Of a DNA stretch of 64,000 bases, positions 44,299-53,911 are shown piece after piece. The translations under genes and the position numbers were made by a program. The DNA is from a candidate division WWE3 bacterium UBA1401 (GTDB lineage Bacteria > Patescibacteriota > WWE3 > UBA101185 > UBA10185). How positions within the stretch are numbered: the stretch's first letter is position 1; each line of letters opens with the position of its first letter. The stretch is from assembly GCA_002305115.1 (NCBI GenBank), contig DBQF01000001.1, forward strand, positions 160,916 to 224,915, in the 5' to 3' direction. Under the pieces are notes generated by a model, which was given only the letters and a program-made list of their open reading frames with translations, did no database searches and had not been told where the DNA came from.

Positions 44299-45009
44299 AT
44301 GCGTATGAATAGCCTCATTAAGCTTATTAAAAATTATGCAGTGGGTATCTATCTTAAGGTATACTACTTTATTGGTGAACGCCAGTTTAGGTGGGATGAC
44401 ACCACCATTACCGGTGTAGCTATTAAGAAGAAAAAATATAAGTCTTACGATCAATATGTGAAGCACCAAGGCTCCAAGCTTGAAAAAATCAAAGGCGTTT
44501 TCTTTGACGAATATGATAAAAAATACCATCAGGCATTGTTGGAGAGGTTACGTGACGCTAACGTTGTGAAATCAGGTTCCACGGTTTTATGCTTAGCTGC
44601 TAGGATTGGTACCGAAGTAAAGTCTTTTTTAGATTTAGGCTGCTTTGCAATAGGTATAGATCTTAATCCTGGGGACAATAATAGATACGTGTTGCATGGG
44701 GATTTTCATGCTTTACAGTTTACAGATCATACTGTTGATGTCATTTTTTGCAATTCTATTGATCATGCTTATGACTATGACAAACTGATCAGTGAAATTA
44801 AGCGAGTGTTAAAACCAAATGGTATTTTGATTTTGGAAATATCAAAGGGTGAACAAGAGGGTAGACACGCAGGTCTATATGAAGTGTTTTCTTGGGAAAA
44901 AACAGAGGATGTTGTAGCAATTTTTCTTAAACATAATATGGTAAAAGTCTATCAGAGTGAGTTTGACTATCCGTGGCTGGGCTATCATATTTGCCTAAAG
45001 GCTAACTAA
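44299..45009 (+). CDS. class I SAM-dependent methyltransferase
   Basis: VLCLAARIGTEVKSFLDLGCFAIGIDLNP and VLKPNGILILE. An alternative start is ATG 44305. Confidence 0.7.
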   Translation: MRMNSLIKLIKNYAVGIYLKVYYFIGERQFRWDDTTITGVAIKKKKYKSYDQYVKHQGSKLEKIKGVFFDEYDKKYHQALLERLRDANVVKSGSTVLCLAARIGTEVKSFLDLGCFAIGIDLNPGDNNRYVLHGDFHALQFTDHTVDVIFCNSIDHAYDYDKLISEIKRVLKPNGILILEISKGEQEGRHAGLYEVFSWEKTEDVVAIFLKHNMVKVYQSEFDYPWLGYHICLKAN

Positions 45010-45012
45010 ACT

Positions 45013-45822
45013 ATGAACTTAATCAGATTGCTTAGTTCTATTGATTCTTTTTTTGCACTGGTGAAGAACAAGTTGACTCCAAAATATATTGAACGCATAA
45101 CGGATCCGGAAAGAGCAAGTATCAGCAAGTTTATTGAGGAGGTGGCGCAGTTAATTGAACCCGGGGCCAAAGTTCTTGATGCGGGAGCTGGGAGGTGTCC
45201 CTACAAAAGCTATTTTTCCCACGCAGTATACGAGTCTACGGATTTTTCGGCTACAGTAGAAGCGGGAGCTATGGATTTGCATACATTTGAATGTGATCTA
45301 CATAACATACCTCGGGAAGTTGCCACCTATGATGCTGTTATTTGTACTCAGGTACTGGAGCACGTTGAATATCCGCAAAAGGTTGTGCAAGAGCTTAGTA
45401 GGGTTCTTAAACCTGGCGGCATTTTGGCTCTAACTGCCCCTCAGCAGTGGAAAGTACACGGAGAGCCTTATCATTACTTTAATTTTACAAAGTATGGTTT
45501 GGCATCTTTATTTAAAAATGCTGGATTAACAGTAAAGTATATTAGTCCTAGGGGTGGGGTTTTTTGGTACATCAGCAAAGTCTTGAAGTCCTTACATTAC
45601 TATATTTTGTACCAGTATATGTTCCAAGAACAAGCCGGTAAAAAGACATTTGCCCCAAGTGCTGCGGCAATTATTCTTATACCACTATATTTAGTGGCTA
45701 TTCCATTATTTGAGTATATTATCCCAATAGGGTTTTATTACCTGGATGCTATTGATAAAAAGCAGGCACATACACTTGGATATGCCTGCTGCTGTATAAA
45801 GGACTTTCCTAGTAATGCTTAA
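45013..45822 (+). CDS. class I SAM-dependent methyltransferase with C-terminal hydrophobic tail
   Basis: VLDAGAGRCPY (GxGxG) and LKPGGILALTAP. Confidence 0.75.
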   Translation: MNLIRLLSSIDSFFALVKNKLTPKYIERITDPERASISKFIEEVAQLIEPGAKVLDAGAGRCPYKSYFSHAVYESTDFSATVEAGAMDLHTFECDLHNIPREVATYDAVICTQVLEHVEYPQKVVQELSRVLKPGGILALTAPQQWKVHGEPYHYFNFTKYGLASLFKNAGLTVKYISPRGGVFWYISKVLKSLHYYILYQYMFQEQAGKKTFAPSAAAIILIPLYLVAIPLFEYIIPIGFYYLDAIDKKQAHTLGYACCCIKDFPSNA

Positions 45823-47113
45823 GACTCGGATTGTAAAACGCATCTATCATAGTCCTGTAGCTAGAAATACAGCATGGGTATTTATAGTGTCTTCACTGGC
45901 AAGTGTGCCCATGTTTTTTCTCCCCTCACTAATTGCCTACTACTATCAAGTATCAGCTGCCACAGATAATTTCTTTTTTGCTTATGCCATTGTGTACTAT
46001 TTAGCTAACCTCCTTCGTGGGGCGGTGTCTACCTTGGTTGTACCTTTTACGGTAGAGCGCTTAGCAGATAAACCCAGACTAGAAACCTTTATAAGCGGTG
46101 CCTTTTCTCTTGTTTCTGTTGCAAGTGTTGTATTAACTATTGTTTGTTATGCCGTGCTTCTATTAGTGAAAAGCTTTATTAACCCAGGACTTGCCCAGGC
46201 AACTGCACTATTTCTACCAATAATCTATTTTCTGGTGCTCAACAGCCTGTTTGGGGGGATCCTAAACTCTTTTAAAAAATATACTGTTTATTCTTTAATG
46301 CCTTTGATATCAGGTTTATATGTCTATGTAGTGACCATAGTTTTTAACCAGACTTTAGGCATCTATAGCGTAATGGTTGGATTTTTGTTAGGAGAAGCTG
46401 TACTTTTCCTTTTTTGTCTATATTATCTTCGGAAAATTTTACAGATAGTTATAAAGCCAAATCTGAACAACATTTATGGTATGAAAGACTTTGCTAAAGG
46501 CAGTACTGAGCAGTTTATAGGCTCGGGATTGGCAGGCGGCAGCCCCTTAGTAGATAAAGCCGTTGCTTCCAGGATAGCCCTTGGTTCTATATCCCTCCTT
46601 GATTATGGTCAAAAGCTTTTTTCGGGCTTTAATGCAATCTTGAGTAGTTTCTTCGTTGTTATGCTACCTGTTTGGGCAGAAAACATCGGTAAAGAAGAAG
46701 ACCATCGCAGTATGATAAAGTTTAATATTCGGGCAGTAACAGCAATATCTGCAGTTATTGTATTTGTGGGTCTGATTGCTGCTAGGCCATTGCTTAGGGT
46801 TATGTACCCAACAGTAGCTGACTATGACTTCCAGCTGATTGTTTCTATAGTAAAGATAAACATCATTGCTCTTTTATTTATTTCACCTATGCAGGTTGTT
46901 AATCGATTTGTCATTATATTTAAGTACACCCACCTGATTGTTAGGATTTCAATTGTTAAATTCATTCTGAACGTTGTGTTTGATATTGTGTTTACGCTAA
47001 AATTTGGTCTGCTCGGATTACCCTTGGCAACATTGCTAAATCAAGGTATTGGCTACCTGCTGATGGCAATTTGGTTTTACAAGGAATTTGACACTCGCTA
47101 TGCGAAAACGTAG
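45815..47113 (+). CDS. MOP-superfamily flippase (MurJ/MviN- or Wzx-like)
   Basis: 432 aa with about 12 hydrophobic segments. The start overlaps the upstream gene by 8 nt. Confidence 0.65.
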   Translation: MLKTRIVKRIYHSPVARNTAWVFIVSSLASVPMFFLPSLIAYYYQVSAATDNFFFAYAIVYYLANLLRGAVSTLVVPFTVERLADKPRLETFISGAFSLVSVASVVLTIVCYAVLLLVKSFINPGLAQATALFLPIIYFLVLNSLFGGILNSFKKYTVYSLMPLISGLYVYVVTIVFNQTLGIYSVMVGFLLGEAVLFLFCLYYLRKILQIVIKPNLNNIYGMKDFAKGSTEQFIGSGLAGGSPLVDKAVASRIALGSISLLDYGQKLFSGFNAILSSFFVVMLPVWAENIGKEEDHRSMIKFNIRAVTAISAVIVFVGLIAARPLLRVMYPTVADYDFQLIVSIVKINIIALLFISPMQVVNRFVIIFKYTHLIVRISIVKFILNVVFDIVFTLKFGLLGLPLATLLNQGIGYLLMAIWFYKEFDTRYAKT

Positions 47114-48197
47114 ATTACTATTTTTTACAGGTTATTTTGGTGTAGGTGGCAAGGAAAGGCAGCTTACTGAATTAATAAAGCACCTTCCGGATGCTTATGA
47201 AGCATATCTTGGGGTGAAAAGTGCAGATGCTTATTATCTGGATGAGCTAAAGGGTAAACTTGCCGGGCACTATTCCCTAAACAAACAACGGTTTGTCCTA
47301 TCCGACATTTGTTGGGTTAGCAAGGTACTTAAGGAAGTACAACCGGATGTTGTACTATGCTGGTCTGATGTACTTGCCCATTTTTGCTATGTTCTAAACA
47401 AGCTCTCGAGTACAAACTATCAGCTGATCAACTGTACTGTAAGAGATGCGCCGGTTTTTCCCACACTTGGGCACAGATTAGAAGCGCTTTTGCTAAATTT
47501 GTATCCTGTGGTAGTAGGTAACTCTGTAGCGGGTTTGCACGCCTATGGCCAATGGGGTAAACCCGGCAGGTATGTTATTTATAATGGTTTTGATGCTAAG
47601 CGTATTCCAGAGGCAACTAAGCTTGATGCAAGGTTGCAGTGTGGATTTGCAAAAGAGCCCTTTAGTATTTGCATGGTTAGTGCTATGCGGGAGGCCAAAG
47701 ATCACCTTACTCTACTGTTGGCAGCTAATGAATGTATGCACAAAGACCCTAGTATCAAGTTTTACATTACCGGTGATGGCCCTACAAAGGAGTATGTTCA
47801 GGCAAAGGTTTTACAGCTAAAGCTTCCTAATGTGCAGCTTCTGGGTAATAGAAAAGACGTTGAATATATTATGCGCGCGTGTGACATATCTGTATTATGC
47901 TCAGCCAGATGGCACGGTGAGGGCATATCGAACGCCATTCTAGAGTCTTTGGCTTGCGGAACCCCTGTTATTGCAACAGATAATGGTGGGACTAAAGAAA
48001 TTGTACTGCACGGAGAAAATGGTTACATAATTAAAAATGGTGATTTTATAGATTTGGCTGAGAAGATACTTTATCTTAAAAACAATCCAAGCATTCTTGA
48101 TGCCCTCGCGCAATCTGCCCCAAACGTACTTACTAAATTTACTATGAAAACAATGGTTGCGGGGTTTTTAAACCTTATCAACGAACAAGTTGCCTAA
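47100..48197 (+). CDS. GT-B fold glycosyltransferase, family 4
   Basis: GEGISNAILESLACGTPVIAT. ATG 47100 (MRKRRLLFFTGYFGVGGKERQL) aligns with the paralog N-terminus; the track start is TTG 47088. Confidence 0.85.
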   Translation: MRKRRLLFFTGYFGVGGKERQLTELIKHLPDAYEAYLGVKSADAYYLDELKGKLAGHYSLNKQRFVLSDICWVSKVLKEVQPDVVLCWSDVLAHFCYVLNKLSSTNYQLINCTVRDAPVFPTLGHRLEALLLNLYPVVVGNSVAGLHAYGQWGKPGRYVIYNGFDAKRIPEATKLDARLQCGFAKEPFSICMVSAMREAKDHLTLLLAANECMHKDPSIKFYITGDGPTKEYVQAKVLQLKLPNVQLLGNRKDVEYIMRACDISVLCSARWHGEGISNAILESLACGTPVIATDNGGTKEIVLHGENGYIIKNGDFIDLAEKILYLKNNPSILDALAQSAPNVLTKFTMKTMVAGFLNLINEQVA

Positions 48198-48205
48198 TTG
48201 CTAGA

Positions 48206-50101
48206 TCAATTAAAATTTAGAATGTACACACGTTTATTTTGCATGGGAACTGTAATAGCTCCCCTTTCATCATAAGCGCAGTTTTTGGCAAACGTGGCAG
48301 TTTCCTCATAGCCTTCTAGATCTACGAAAACTAGTGCGTCGTATTCGGGGGGATCAAAAGTTTTCTCACACGTATAGTGTTTAGGTTTTATAAAGAGGGT
48401 TTTATTGTCCGTTAACGCTTTTTGATGTTTTTTAGCTGGTACCCAGTCTTTTAGGCCCCAAAATGTTTCACTGGTTGTGCTTGTGTCTTCCCGAAAAACT
48501 GCTAATAACTCTGCGGACATATTAGTTGGCACAATGATCTTGCTACTAGTATCTATGAGTTTGGCGATGCTGTCATATTCAAGGAGATAACCGTATCTGT
48601 CTGCAAGATATGCCTGGCCATACACACTTGGCCCTGGAGACCACAAGTATTTGTAGGTAATAGCTAGCGAAACCACGCAATAAAGCACCGTAAACATTGC
48701 AGAGGAGCCATTTCTTGCTAGAGTGTTTCTTGCAAATAATATGATTACAAGTAGACCGGCTAATACTAAAGTAACTGCTATTTTTACAGTCACAAATGTA
48801 TCGTCAAAACGAAGCTGTATAGCTGATGTTATTAGTATAAGCGCTAATAGTATTGTAGCTTTTGTTCGAGAAACCGCGCTTTTGAAGAACAAGATAAGAA
48901 ACATAAAAGTTGTAGGATATAACGGTATAAGATATCTATTCGTGTGATGGAGTATTGAATAAAAGATGAGGTAGCTTAACTGGAAGACAGACATAAGCTT
49001 AATCAGTTTGCTGTATCCGGATTTTCTAGATAAGACCACTAAGGCATAATATGTTGATGGGATAATGACGATAAAGGGAAGAGACATCCATCCGAATGTG
49101 TCTGTGTGCAGCAGTATTAGCAAATAGTCATAGCCTGTTTTCACAAGTTTAGCTGTTATTGTTCCTAATGTGTTGTTTACCGAAACAAGCTTGTTTGATT
49201 GAATTGCCGCTACTATGTCACCATTCCCTTGTTGGGCTAGATCATTAGTTATAGCTGTCACTCCCCCCGCCAAAGAGTTTTGTGTATAAGTTAAGAGGTT
49301 TTTATTTCGAGTTAACATAGTAGCGTAAGCAAGGTAGATATTTAGGGGGATAAGATTAGTAACAAACATTACTACTGTGAATAAAATAGGCAGACTAAAA
49401 GTAAGTAGTATTTTTTTGATGAAGGTCAAGATGTTAGCTAGACGGACTGATCCACGGGTCTGAATAAGTTCAATTAGTTCATAAATTACAATTGCAAAAG
49501 CAAATGCTATAAATACGTACTCTTTGGCGTCCAGTAGCACTGTTAACCATATAGACACTATAAACCTGTTTTTTACGTTAAAGTAAATATATAGACTTAC
49601 TATAAGTGCCAGCAATAAGGGTATTTCCCGAAGAAATGTTGGTGTAACCAGCAAGAACCGCTGGCTCGTAGCAAATAACGCCAAGCAAGCAATACTCCAC
49701 CATCCCAGCTTTAGCCTATTTCTTAGCAGTAGAAAGTATAGACTACATGTCAGTACTGCCAGCACAACATTATATAAAGTTGCTGCCTCTATTGATGGTC
49801 CGGTGAAAAAGTAGATCAACGCTGCCGGTAGTTTGAATAGAAAACCATGCATTCCAACCCCATAAGATCCAATCCACTTTCCCGCAAGCAGGGCTTTGTG
49901 CATAACTACAGATTCAAGCAAATAAAAAGCCTCATCAGATATAGGCGCTCTGTAAAAGGCAGTAATGACTGATCCGTACAGTGCCACATGAATGCAGATT
50001 GCTACTGCGGCAATAGCAATATTACTTTCCTTGGCCAGGTAGTTACACAAATTTTTGGTATGTTTAGTTATCTTAGTTATTAAGTCTGTTAGTAGTGGCA
50101 T
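48206..50101 (-). CDS. polytopic membrane protein, GT-C-type glycosyltransferase candidate
   Basis: 631 aa with at least 12 hydrophobic segments. First loop PISDEAFYLLES (DExxY-like). Soluble C-terminal domain. Confidence 0.55.
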   Translation of the reverse strand: MPLLTDLITKITKHTKNLCNYLAKESNIAIAAVAICIHVALYGSVITAFYRAPISDEAFYLLESVVMHKALLAGKWIGSYGVGMHGFLFKLPAALIYFFTGPSIEAATLYNVVLAVLTCSLYFLLLRNRLKLGWWSIACLALFATSQRFLLVTPTFLREIPLLLALIVSLYIYFNVKNRFIVSIWLTVLLDAKEYVFIAFAFAIVIYELIELIQTRGSVRLANILTFIKKILLTFSLPILFTVVMFVTNLIPLNIYLAYATMLTRNKNLLTYTQNSLAGGVTAITNDLAQQGNGDIVAAIQSNKLVSVNNTLGTITAKLVKTGYDYLLILLHTDTFGWMSLPFIVIIPSTYYALVVLSRKSGYSKLIKLMSVFQLSYLIFYSILHHTNRYLIPLYPTTFMFLILFFKSAVSRTKATILLALILITSAIQLRFDDTFVTVKIAVTLVLAGLLVIILFARNTLARNGSSAMFTVLYCVVSLAITYKYLWSPGPSVYGQAYLADRYGYLLEYDSIAKLIDTSSKIIVPTNMSAELLAVFREDTSTTSETFWGLKDWVPAKKHQKALTDNKTLFIKPKHYTCEKTFDPPEYDALVFVDLEGYEETATFAKNCAYDERGAITVPMQNKRVYILNFN

Positions 50102-51274
50102 TTAACTTAGTAGTAGTTTAAATATATCTAGAAAAGTCGCATTTGAGGTTTCTTTGCTTAAGTGCTGTATCGCATATTCACGCGCTTGCTTTGCTGATTG
50201 CTGTAAGAATTCTGGCTGTCTAGAGATTTCCGCCATAGCCTTAGCCAACGCCTCAGCACTGCCTGTTTTGCATGTTTTTATAAAGTCAGCGTGTGTTTCC
50301 AGCTGGGCGAACACCGGAATATCCGAAGTTATGCAGTATAGACCACAGCTTAGGGCCTCTGCTAGGGTTACCGGAAAGCCCTCAGCATGTGAGGGTAAAA
50401 TAAAAACGTCATTATTATTGTATTGGTCTGGCATCTGGTCATTTGGAATAACTCCCCGTAAGCTAATGTTTGACGCCATAGAGTGATCCATAATCTGCTG
50501 TTTGATATAGCTTTTTAGGGGGCCATTCCCCACCATATCAAGATGTATATTTGGTAGCTGGGCTTTGCTTAGCCTAATTGCTTCGACAAGCTCAATAACT
50601 CCCTTGCTCTCAATTAGAGATCCTACGTATATAAATCTTGGCTGTTTATAATCTTTATCCGAATTTGGGGTAAATTTATCTGTGTAAACGCCTGTTGGTA
50701 TGACATATACTTTTTTTGCATAGCCTAGTTTTTCTACTTTGGCTTTTAGTATTTCACTTACAACGGTTGCTTCATCTACGTGGCTTAAGATAAATTTCTT
50801 AAGGGTAGTAGAGATGGGGTCATTAAAACTGTTAATGTCACTTCCCCGCATGGTTAACAGAATTTTCATGTTAGCCCTTGTTAATAGTTTTACAACTACT
50901 GCAACTAACCCAGAGGGTAGAATCCAGTTGGCGTGTATAACACGTATTTTGTTTGTCTTGATGGTTTTTAGTGTGGTTATACACTGGGCCAAAAAGTAAA
51001 AAGGCACGAGCAAGAGTAGTGCCTTATTACGCATTATATTAGCAAATATTCCTTCCCCTGTGTTTAATCCGAAGTCCCCAAATGGTAGGATCATATGCCG
51101 ATATACTTCAATATTATTCAGTTTTTCATGGGGCAAGCTATTGGCACATCTGTGTGTTACTACAACCACATCATACCTCTGGCTTACATACTTAATAAGA
51201 TCAAGTAGGAAGTGTTGGCCAGTTTGCAAAGCGTTAGGGAAAGACGTTGTTAAGTAAAGTATCTTTTCGCTCAT
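50102..51274 (-). CDS. GT-B fold glycosyltransferase, family 4
   Basis: ILPSHAEGFPVTLAEALSCGLYCITSD. Abuts the downstream gene with 0 nt spacing. Confidence 0.85.
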   Translation of the reverse strand: MSEKILYLTTSFPNALQTGQHFLLDLIKYVSQRYDVVVVTHRCANSLPHEKLNNIEVYRHMILPFGDFGLNTGEGIFANIMRNKALLLLVPFYFLAQCITTLKTIKTNKIRVIHANWILPSGLVAVVVKLLTRANMKILLTMRGSDINSFNDPISTTLKKFILSHVDEATVVSEILKAKVEKLGYAKKVYVIPTGVYTDKFTPNSDKDYKQPRFIYVGSLIESKGVIELVEAIRLSKAQLPNIHLDMVGNGPLKSYIKQQIMDHSMASNISLRGVIPNDQMPDQYNNNDVFILPSHAEGFPVTLAEALSCGLYCITSDIPVFAQLETHADFIKTCKTGSAEALAKAMAEISRQPEFLQQSAKQAREYAIQHLSKETSNATFLDIFKLLLS

Positions 51275-51357
51275 ACATTAGTGATTAACACCTATTTTGC
51301 AAAAAAAGCAGTACATATGCTAATACTATCACATTAGAACTTAATAGCTATATGCAC

Positions 51358-51363
51358 TATAAT
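51358..51363 (+). promoter_or_regulatory. -10 box for the leaderless wbpB-like gene
   Basis: TATAAT ends 6 nt before ATG 51370. Confidence 0.5.
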
Positions 51364-51369
51364 AACTTT

Positions 51370-52347
51370 ATGATTCAAAACACATCTTGTAACTTTGCAC
51401 TTATTGGAGCTGGTGGTTATATTGCTCCCCGTCACTTAAAGGCTATCAAGGATACAGGTAACAAACTTGTTGCAGCTGTAGATCCTAAGGATTCAGTTGG
51501 TATTTTGGATGGTTATTTCTTTGATGCCGAGTTTTTTACCGAATTTGAAAGATATGAATCTTTTGCAGAAAACCTACGCAAGCAGGGTGATGCCCATAAA
51601 ATTCAGTATGTAAGCATTTGCACCCCTAATTATTTGCACGAGCACCACATGTTATCTGCACTTAGGCTTGGTGCCAATGTTATTTGCGAAAAACCATTAG
51701 TATTAAATACTGCAGGGCTAGATAGAATTATTGGCTATGAAAAGACCTATGCTGAAGGCAAAATAAATACGGTCTTACAGCTCCGGCTTCATCCGGCAAT
51801 CCAAGAACTAAAAGCCAAAGTCGATGCAGATACTTCTGGTTCTATTTACGATGTGGATTTAACTTACATAACTCCTAGAGGTAAATGGTATTTTGAGTCT
51901 TGGAAAGGCTATGAATACAAATCCGGCGGTCTCGCCCTAAATATTGGTATTCATTTTTTTGATATGCTGATTTGGATTTTTGGTAGTGTGAAAAACGTGG
52001 TTGTGCACAAGAGTACACCGTCTATGATGTCGGGGAGACTAGATTTAGCGAAAGCTTCAATTAGGTGGTATTTGTCACTTGATCAGGCAGATCTTCCTGA
52101 AGAGAACAAAGCTCAAAATAAGGCATTCAGAAGTTTATCGCTTAATGGTGAAGAGTTTGCCTTTTCCGAAGGTTTCACAGATTTACATACTGAGGTTTAT
52201 AAGAAAGTATTGGAAGGTAAAGGGTTTACGCCTGAAGATGTGAGGTCTGCTATTGAGTGTGTTGAAACGATGCGAACTGCCCCATTTGTTGAAGCTGATA
52301 TTGACAGTAAGCATCCATACCTTGTTGACAGCTTTGATCGTCACTAA
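51370..52347 (+). CDS. wbpB: Gfo/Idh/MocA oxidoreductase, WbpB/WlbA-like UDP-N-acetylglucosaminuronate 3-dehydrogenase candidate
   Basis: NFALIGAGGYIAPRHLKAIKDTGNKLVAAVDP closely matches the WbpB N-terminus as I remember it. ATG 51370 lies 6 nt after TATAAT; the track start is 51352. Confidence 0.75.
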   Translation: MIQNTSCNFALIGAGGYIAPRHLKAIKDTGNKLVAAVDPKDSVGILDGYFFDAEFFTEFERYESFAENLRKQGDAHKIQYVSICTPNYLHEHHMLSALRLGANVICEKPLVLNTAGLDRIIGYEKTYAEGKINTVLQLRLHPAIQELKAKVDADTSGSIYDVDLTYITPRGKWYFESWKGYEYKSGGLALNIGIHFFDMLIWIFGSVKNVVVHKSTPSMMSGRLDLAKASIRWYLSLDQADLPEENKAQNKAFRSLSLNGEEFAFSEGFTDLHTEVYKKVLEGKGFTPEDVRSAIECVETMRTAPFVEADIDSKHPYLVDSFDRH

Positions 52348-52363
52348 CCAAATTTGTAAGCTA

Positions 52364-53911
52364 ATGAAAAAGACTTGTATATACTGTGCACTAATTTTAG
52401 TAACTGCTTCTGCGTTTTTTACTTATAGGTATATCAAGGATTCGACTTATAAACCTTTGGATTTAACATTGAAGGTGGATTTTGGTAAAGACTTGGGTCA
52501 GTCTGTTGGTACCTTACTTACAATAAAAGACAAGAGCTTAACTCCTGTTATTGGTGTCGGATTTCCTGATACGTACAGTACTTCAATAAGGCATAATAAC
52601 AGACTATTAACACTATATTATAAAGGCAACTGGTTTCCTGTCTATACTAAAAAGCGCTTAGCTAAGCCTTTTCCTGATAAAGCCGGAGTAAGAACACTTA
52701 ATCTTGGTAACAAATTATGGGCGTTTCCAGAAATTTCCAGAACTACCTATAGAGAACTAGATGTTGTAACTGACGAGTGGTTGGCACCCCAGGCAACAGA
52801 AACTCAATTTATGGGTATTCAATATGTTAACAATTTGCCCTTGGTATTTGCGGACAGGCAGGTTTTATATAATGGCAAAAACCTTATACCTAACCTAGAG
52901 CAAGACACCATTAAAGAATTTTACTATGTTGATGGCAAGTTGTTTATTTTTGTACGTTCCGAAAATTCCCAGTTATATGTTTGTACTTGGGATAGTTATG
53001 TGTCAGATCAGATTGACATAACTAGATGTGAGTCCTTTGGTTTACATGGTTATCATGCAGCAGTATTTGCTTTTGGCAATTTGGATGGTGATGTGATTAT
53101 GGCTTTGAACACTGGTAATATCTTCAGGTATCGCAATGGGGAGTTGAGCTATTTATTTGAAAACACAGAAAAGCTTAGCAACCAAATGTATTCTTCGGTA
53201 GTTTATTACGATAACTTGTTTTTTGGCCACTATCCTACTGGAAATTTGCATGTATATGATGGCGAGACTTTGCATAATTTCGACTCAGCCACGTTTCCGG
53301 GTGCCCCAGAAGTTCCCAAACGGGGAAATGAACTGCAGTCTTTGGCGCTGTATGGTGGTGATTTGTATGCGGGGCTTTGGCCCTTTGGAAGACTATGGAA
53401 GTACAATTATCATAGTAACTCCTGGAGTTTGGTAGACAGATTCTTTACAGCTCCCCCGGTTTTTAGCGGCAGAGTTGGTTTTGAACCTTATGCCGATGAT
53501 GTACTTGCAAGAGATTTAGCTATAGAAAACAATGCCTGGGGCCAAAGAATCTTGTCGCTCACGCCATTCATGGATTCCTTATATGTTAGTACCTGTAATA
53601 AAAGAGGCGAATATCTAAATGCTGCTGAAGACCAGTTTATAGAATCTGAAGTGCTTGAGGAGTACGGGTTGGTTTGGCAGATCAAAAACGGTTATAACAT
53701 GACGTGCCCCTTTGAATGGCCTCAGGAAGAATTGGAGCTAACAATTAGTGTTAAAGAAGATGCTTTGGAAGTATATAGCGGTGTAACTTTGCTTTGTAGT
53801 TTGCCCATTGATTCTGCACACACACTGTCCAAGCCCGAGCTTGGCGAAGTTGTGGTTGGTAAGGGCTCCTTCGGTGACTTTAATGGCGAAAGTATTAGCT
53901 TAGTAGACTAG
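52364..53911 (+). CDS. signal-anchored orphan protein (515 aa), beta-rich, function unknown
   Basis: MKKTCIYCALILVTASAFFTY anchor at ATG 52364; the 52253 start would overlap the previous gene by 95 nt. It has repeated aromatic/Gly-rich beta-like segments. Confidence 0.55.
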   Translation: MKKTCIYCALILVTASAFFTYRYIKDSTYKPLDLTLKVDFGKDLGQSVGTLLTIKDKSLTPVIGVGFPDTYSTSIRHNNRLLTLYYKGNWFPVYTKKRLAKPFPDKAGVRTLNLGNKLWAFPEISRTTYRELDVVTDEWLAPQATETQFMGIQYVNNLPLVFADRQVLYNGKNLIPNLEQDTIKEFYYVDGKLFIFVRSENSQLYVCTWDSYVSDQIDITRCESFGLHGYHAAVFAFGNLDGDVIMALNTGNIFRYRNGELSYLFENTEKLSNQMYSSVVYYDNLFFGHYPTGNLHVYDGETLHNFDSATFPGAPEVPKRGNELQSLALYGGDLYAGLWPFGRLWKYNYHSNSWSLVDRFFTAPPVFSGRVGFEPYADDVLARDLAIENNAWGQRILSLTPFMDSLYVSTCNKRGEYLNAAEDQFIESEVLEEYGLVWQIKNGYNMTCPFEWPQEELELTISVKEDALEVYSGVTLLCSLPIDSAHTLSKPELGEVVVGKGSFGDFNGESISLVD

